From positions 1 through 32,252 of the forward strand of contig CALSCO010000693.1 of assembly GCA_943704415.1 (NCBI GenBank): a DNA stretch of 32,252 nt. Reading direction: 5' to 3'. The notes below the pieces were generated by a model, which did not search any database, had not been told where the DNA came from, and saw only the letters and a program-made list of their open reading frames with translations. The DNA comes from Parvularia atlantis (Eukaryota). This document shows, piece by piece, positions 31,089-32,252 of this stretch. The translations under genes were made by a program, and so were the position numbers. The first letter of the stretch is position 1. Every line of letters begins with the position of its first letter.

Positions 31089-31684
31089 TCACTTGGCGTT
31101 GGGCTGGCCGGCGATGTAGTTTATGGCGTCGGCCGTGCTGAGGATCTTGTCGGCGTCGGCGTCGGGAATCTCGATGCCAAACTCCTCCTCAAAGGCCATG
31201 ACGACCTCCACCGTGTCTAAGCTGTCGAGGTCGAGGTCGGCGAACTTGACGTCTGGCGAGAGCTGCGGCAGCGCGTGGCGGCGTGTCGTGGCAGCGGAAA
31301 AGGGCGGGAGGGGGGCGCGCGCGCGCGGGGAAAGAGTGAGTCGGGAGGCGTGGCGCCGCGCGCGGAAGGGGGGTCGCACCTTGGCCTGGTTGGCCTTCGG
31401 GTAGTTCTTGAGCACCTTGAGCACGCGGTCCTGCACCGTGCCCCGGTCGAGGGCGGCGGCGCCGGCCATCGTGCGCGCGACGACCATGAACGGCGAGAGC
31501 TGTGTCCGTGCCGGCGAAGTCAGCGGCAGTTGCGGCGCGGAGCCGCGTTGTGTGCGCGCGGCCGGGTGGCCGGGAGGCGCGCGGGGGGAGGGCGGGTGCG
31601 CGGCCGGCGGGTGTGCGGACGCACCGCGGGCATGGGGCGCGCGCGCGCGAGGCTCTGGCCCACGGCAGTGACGGCACGCAGCAT
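31089..31684 (-). CDS. NDUFAB1: Mitochondrial acyl carrier protein; introns 31624-31500, 31379-31263
   Basis: Arg/Ala-rich transit peptide [17 protein letters not shown]; phosphopantetheine site [26 protein letters not shown]. Confidence 0.93.
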
Positions 31685-31754
31685 CGGTGCAGAGTCGGTC
31701 GCGGCGAAAGTCACAATGGCCGCGTGCGTCACCGGGGTTTTCTGTACAGCGCAC

Positions 31755-32252
31755 TTAAAAATCCTTCGCTCGGTTGACGCGCGCCTCGCCCGCGCGCCAC
31801 TCAAACATGAACTGGGTAGCGGCGAAGAGCAGGAAGATGGTCACGGCGAGCATGGGCACCGACTCAAGCCGCAGCAGCCGCTCGAGCGCCGCGACCATGC
31901 CGTCGACGCCGAGCGAGAACCCGATCAGGTTGCAGACCATCATCGCAAAGATGTTGATGGCCCCGCCGAGCGCGCACAGGTGCCGGTAGTACCACGCCTC
32001 GCGCACGCCCTTGAGCGCGGGACGCCGGAAGTACCACGCAAGCAGCTCCTCCGGCACGACGAAGACCGCGAGCAGCCAGCCCCAGACGAGCAGGCGCAGC
32101 GAGAGGTCGTGCCAGACCGCGGTGAAGGTGAAGACGAGGAACGTGATGAGCACCTTGCGCGTGTTGCCGCCCAGCGGCACGTACAGGTACCGCACAAGCC
32201 ACCGGTTGAACGAGCGGTGCCACGAGCGCCAGAAGCCCTGCGCCGCCCCCCC
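31755..32252 (-). CDS. MBOAT acyltransferase, GUP1/HHAT-like, 3' part (5' end outside window)
   Basis: GFWRSWHRSFNRWLVRYLYVPLGG, FTFTAVWHD (catalytic His), LLVWGWL and MMVCNLIGF. Confidence 0.9.
   Translation of the reverse strand, partial: GGAAQGFWRSWHRSFNRWLVRYLYVPLGGNTRKVLITFLVFTFTAVWHDLSLRLLVWGWLLAVFVVPEELLAWYFRRPALKGVREAWYYRHLCALGGAINIFAMMVCNLIGFSLGVDGMVAALERLLRLESVPMLAVTIFLLFAATQFMFEWRAGEARVNRAKDF

Noticed and set aside
232..31624. Introner-type (transposon-derived) intron family
   Set aside because: The introns share only splice signals. I see no repeated internal sequence, terminal inverted repeats or consistent target-site duplications.

Overview
This is eukaryotic nuclear DNA that is very GC-rich and extremely gene-dense. 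It holds 16 protein-coding genes (2 cut by the window edges) interrupted by about 50 short spliceosomal introns (47-125 nt, nearly all GTGCG...YAG). In order: DHHC palmitoyltransferase (partial), Pro-rich FERM-LRR protein, SET-domain protein, a large secreted vWD/EGF/IPT/Thr-Ser-repeat protein, SHPRH/Irc20-like SNF2-RING helicase, acid lipase, STB6-like protein, an orphan, N-acetylglucosamine kinase, a 7TM-RGS protein, Spindly, an IPT-PSI membrane protein, UTP21/WDR36, glycerol kinase, mitochondrial ACP and a GUP1/HHAT-like MBOAT (partial). The gene content suggests a unicellular opisthokont or close relative, but this is inference only. The standout feature is a circularly permuted tRNA-Ser(GCU) gene at 5235-5319: the 3' half comes first, then a 4-nt spacer, then the 5' half, with the break at 37/38. 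It has a relaxed BHB-like junction, an A-box-like element in the leader and a poly-T terminator. I know this arrangement from some red and green algae, a chlorarachniophyte nucleomorph and a crenarchaeon, but not from opisthokont-like protists. All gene models and family calls were made by eye, with no database searches.
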